This document shows positions 59,378 to 59,710 of a stretch of DNA of 59,710 bases, one piece after another; positions within the stretch are counted from its first letter, which is position 1; every line of letters begins with the position of its first letter. The stretch lies in the NCBI RefSeq assembly GCF_001194135.2, contig NC_068984.1, positions 123,038,102 through 123,097,811 of the forward strand. Reading direction: 5' to 3'. The notes under the pieces were generated by a model. The model made no database searches. It saw only the letters and a program-made list of their open reading frames with translations, and had not been told where the DNA came from. Origin of the DNA: Octopus bimaculoides (Eukaryota). A program made the translations under genes and the position numbers.

Positions 59378-59463
59378 TAAAAAGGGCAGTCAAATCCTCA
59401 AACCACGAAAGAACATTCTAAATAATGTTCTTTCGTGGTTTGGGAATTTGACTGCCCTTTTTA
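59378..59463. repeat. Short palindromic element (~40-bp arms, 6-nt loop)
   Basis: TAAAAAGGGCAGTCAAATCCTCAAACCACGAAAGAACATT pairs with AATGTTCTTTCGTGGTTTGGGAATTTGACTGCCCTTTTTA with about 2 mismatches. Confidence 0.85.
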
Positions 59464-59710
59464 TATATATTGTAAAAATATTTGTCTACTGACATTTTTT
59501 TATGCATGCTAGCGAATAGTACAAATTATCACTTTTAATAATTTTTACCCTTTTTAGTTGTATTTATATGTATTTATATACATATACACACACATATACT
59601 CACATGTGTATAAGGCACAAGCTCAGTTACTTCTTCAATAATCATTGTGCTGTACTTTCTCTAATCTATTTCACTGTTTGATAGTGTGTATGTGTGTGCT
59701 TATATATATA

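Overview
Eukaryotic, AT-rich, microsatellite- and SINE-dense draft-assembly DNA with eight N-gaps. It is most likely a coleoid cephalopod (octopus-like), inferred from the repeat families and not proven. No prokaryotic features, CRISPR arrays or intact RNA genes are seen. The window is the interior of one + strand gene, with no start, terminal exon or folded domain visible. I can delimit seven coding exons by canonical splice sites. Three are giant: exon A (>6.0 kb, 5' end outside the window, ends 6000), exon B (21584-28360, 6777 bp) and exon C (46179-55370, 9192 bp). Four are smaller: 13729/13768-13935, 18630-18692, 33009-33851 and 42715-42864. Every visible boundary is intron phase 1, so each fully delimited exon is an in-frame cassette. 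Together they encode about 7,700 aa of mostly disordered, acidic, Ser/Thr-rich sequence. The best interpretation is the giant-exon region of a giant ankyrin (Ank2/unc-44-like). Support comes from an extended LIR in register with the AnkG/AnkB Atg8-binding peptides, S/T/E/P-rich repeats and SLxEFERLE repeats. It remains an inference because no ANK, ZU5, UPA or death domain lies in the window. Each giant exon has its own repeat chemistry: GVYHVD repeats plus a His/Asp/Cys 16-mer array (A), about 50 KSPSP units (B), and about 35 TTSKTEEPV units (C). Calcineurin (PxIxIT) and PP1 (RVxF) docking motifs are spread across the cassettes. Introns carry tRNA-derived SINEs, hairpin and TIR MITE-like elements, a pogo/Tigger HTH remnant and a residual Illumina adapter.
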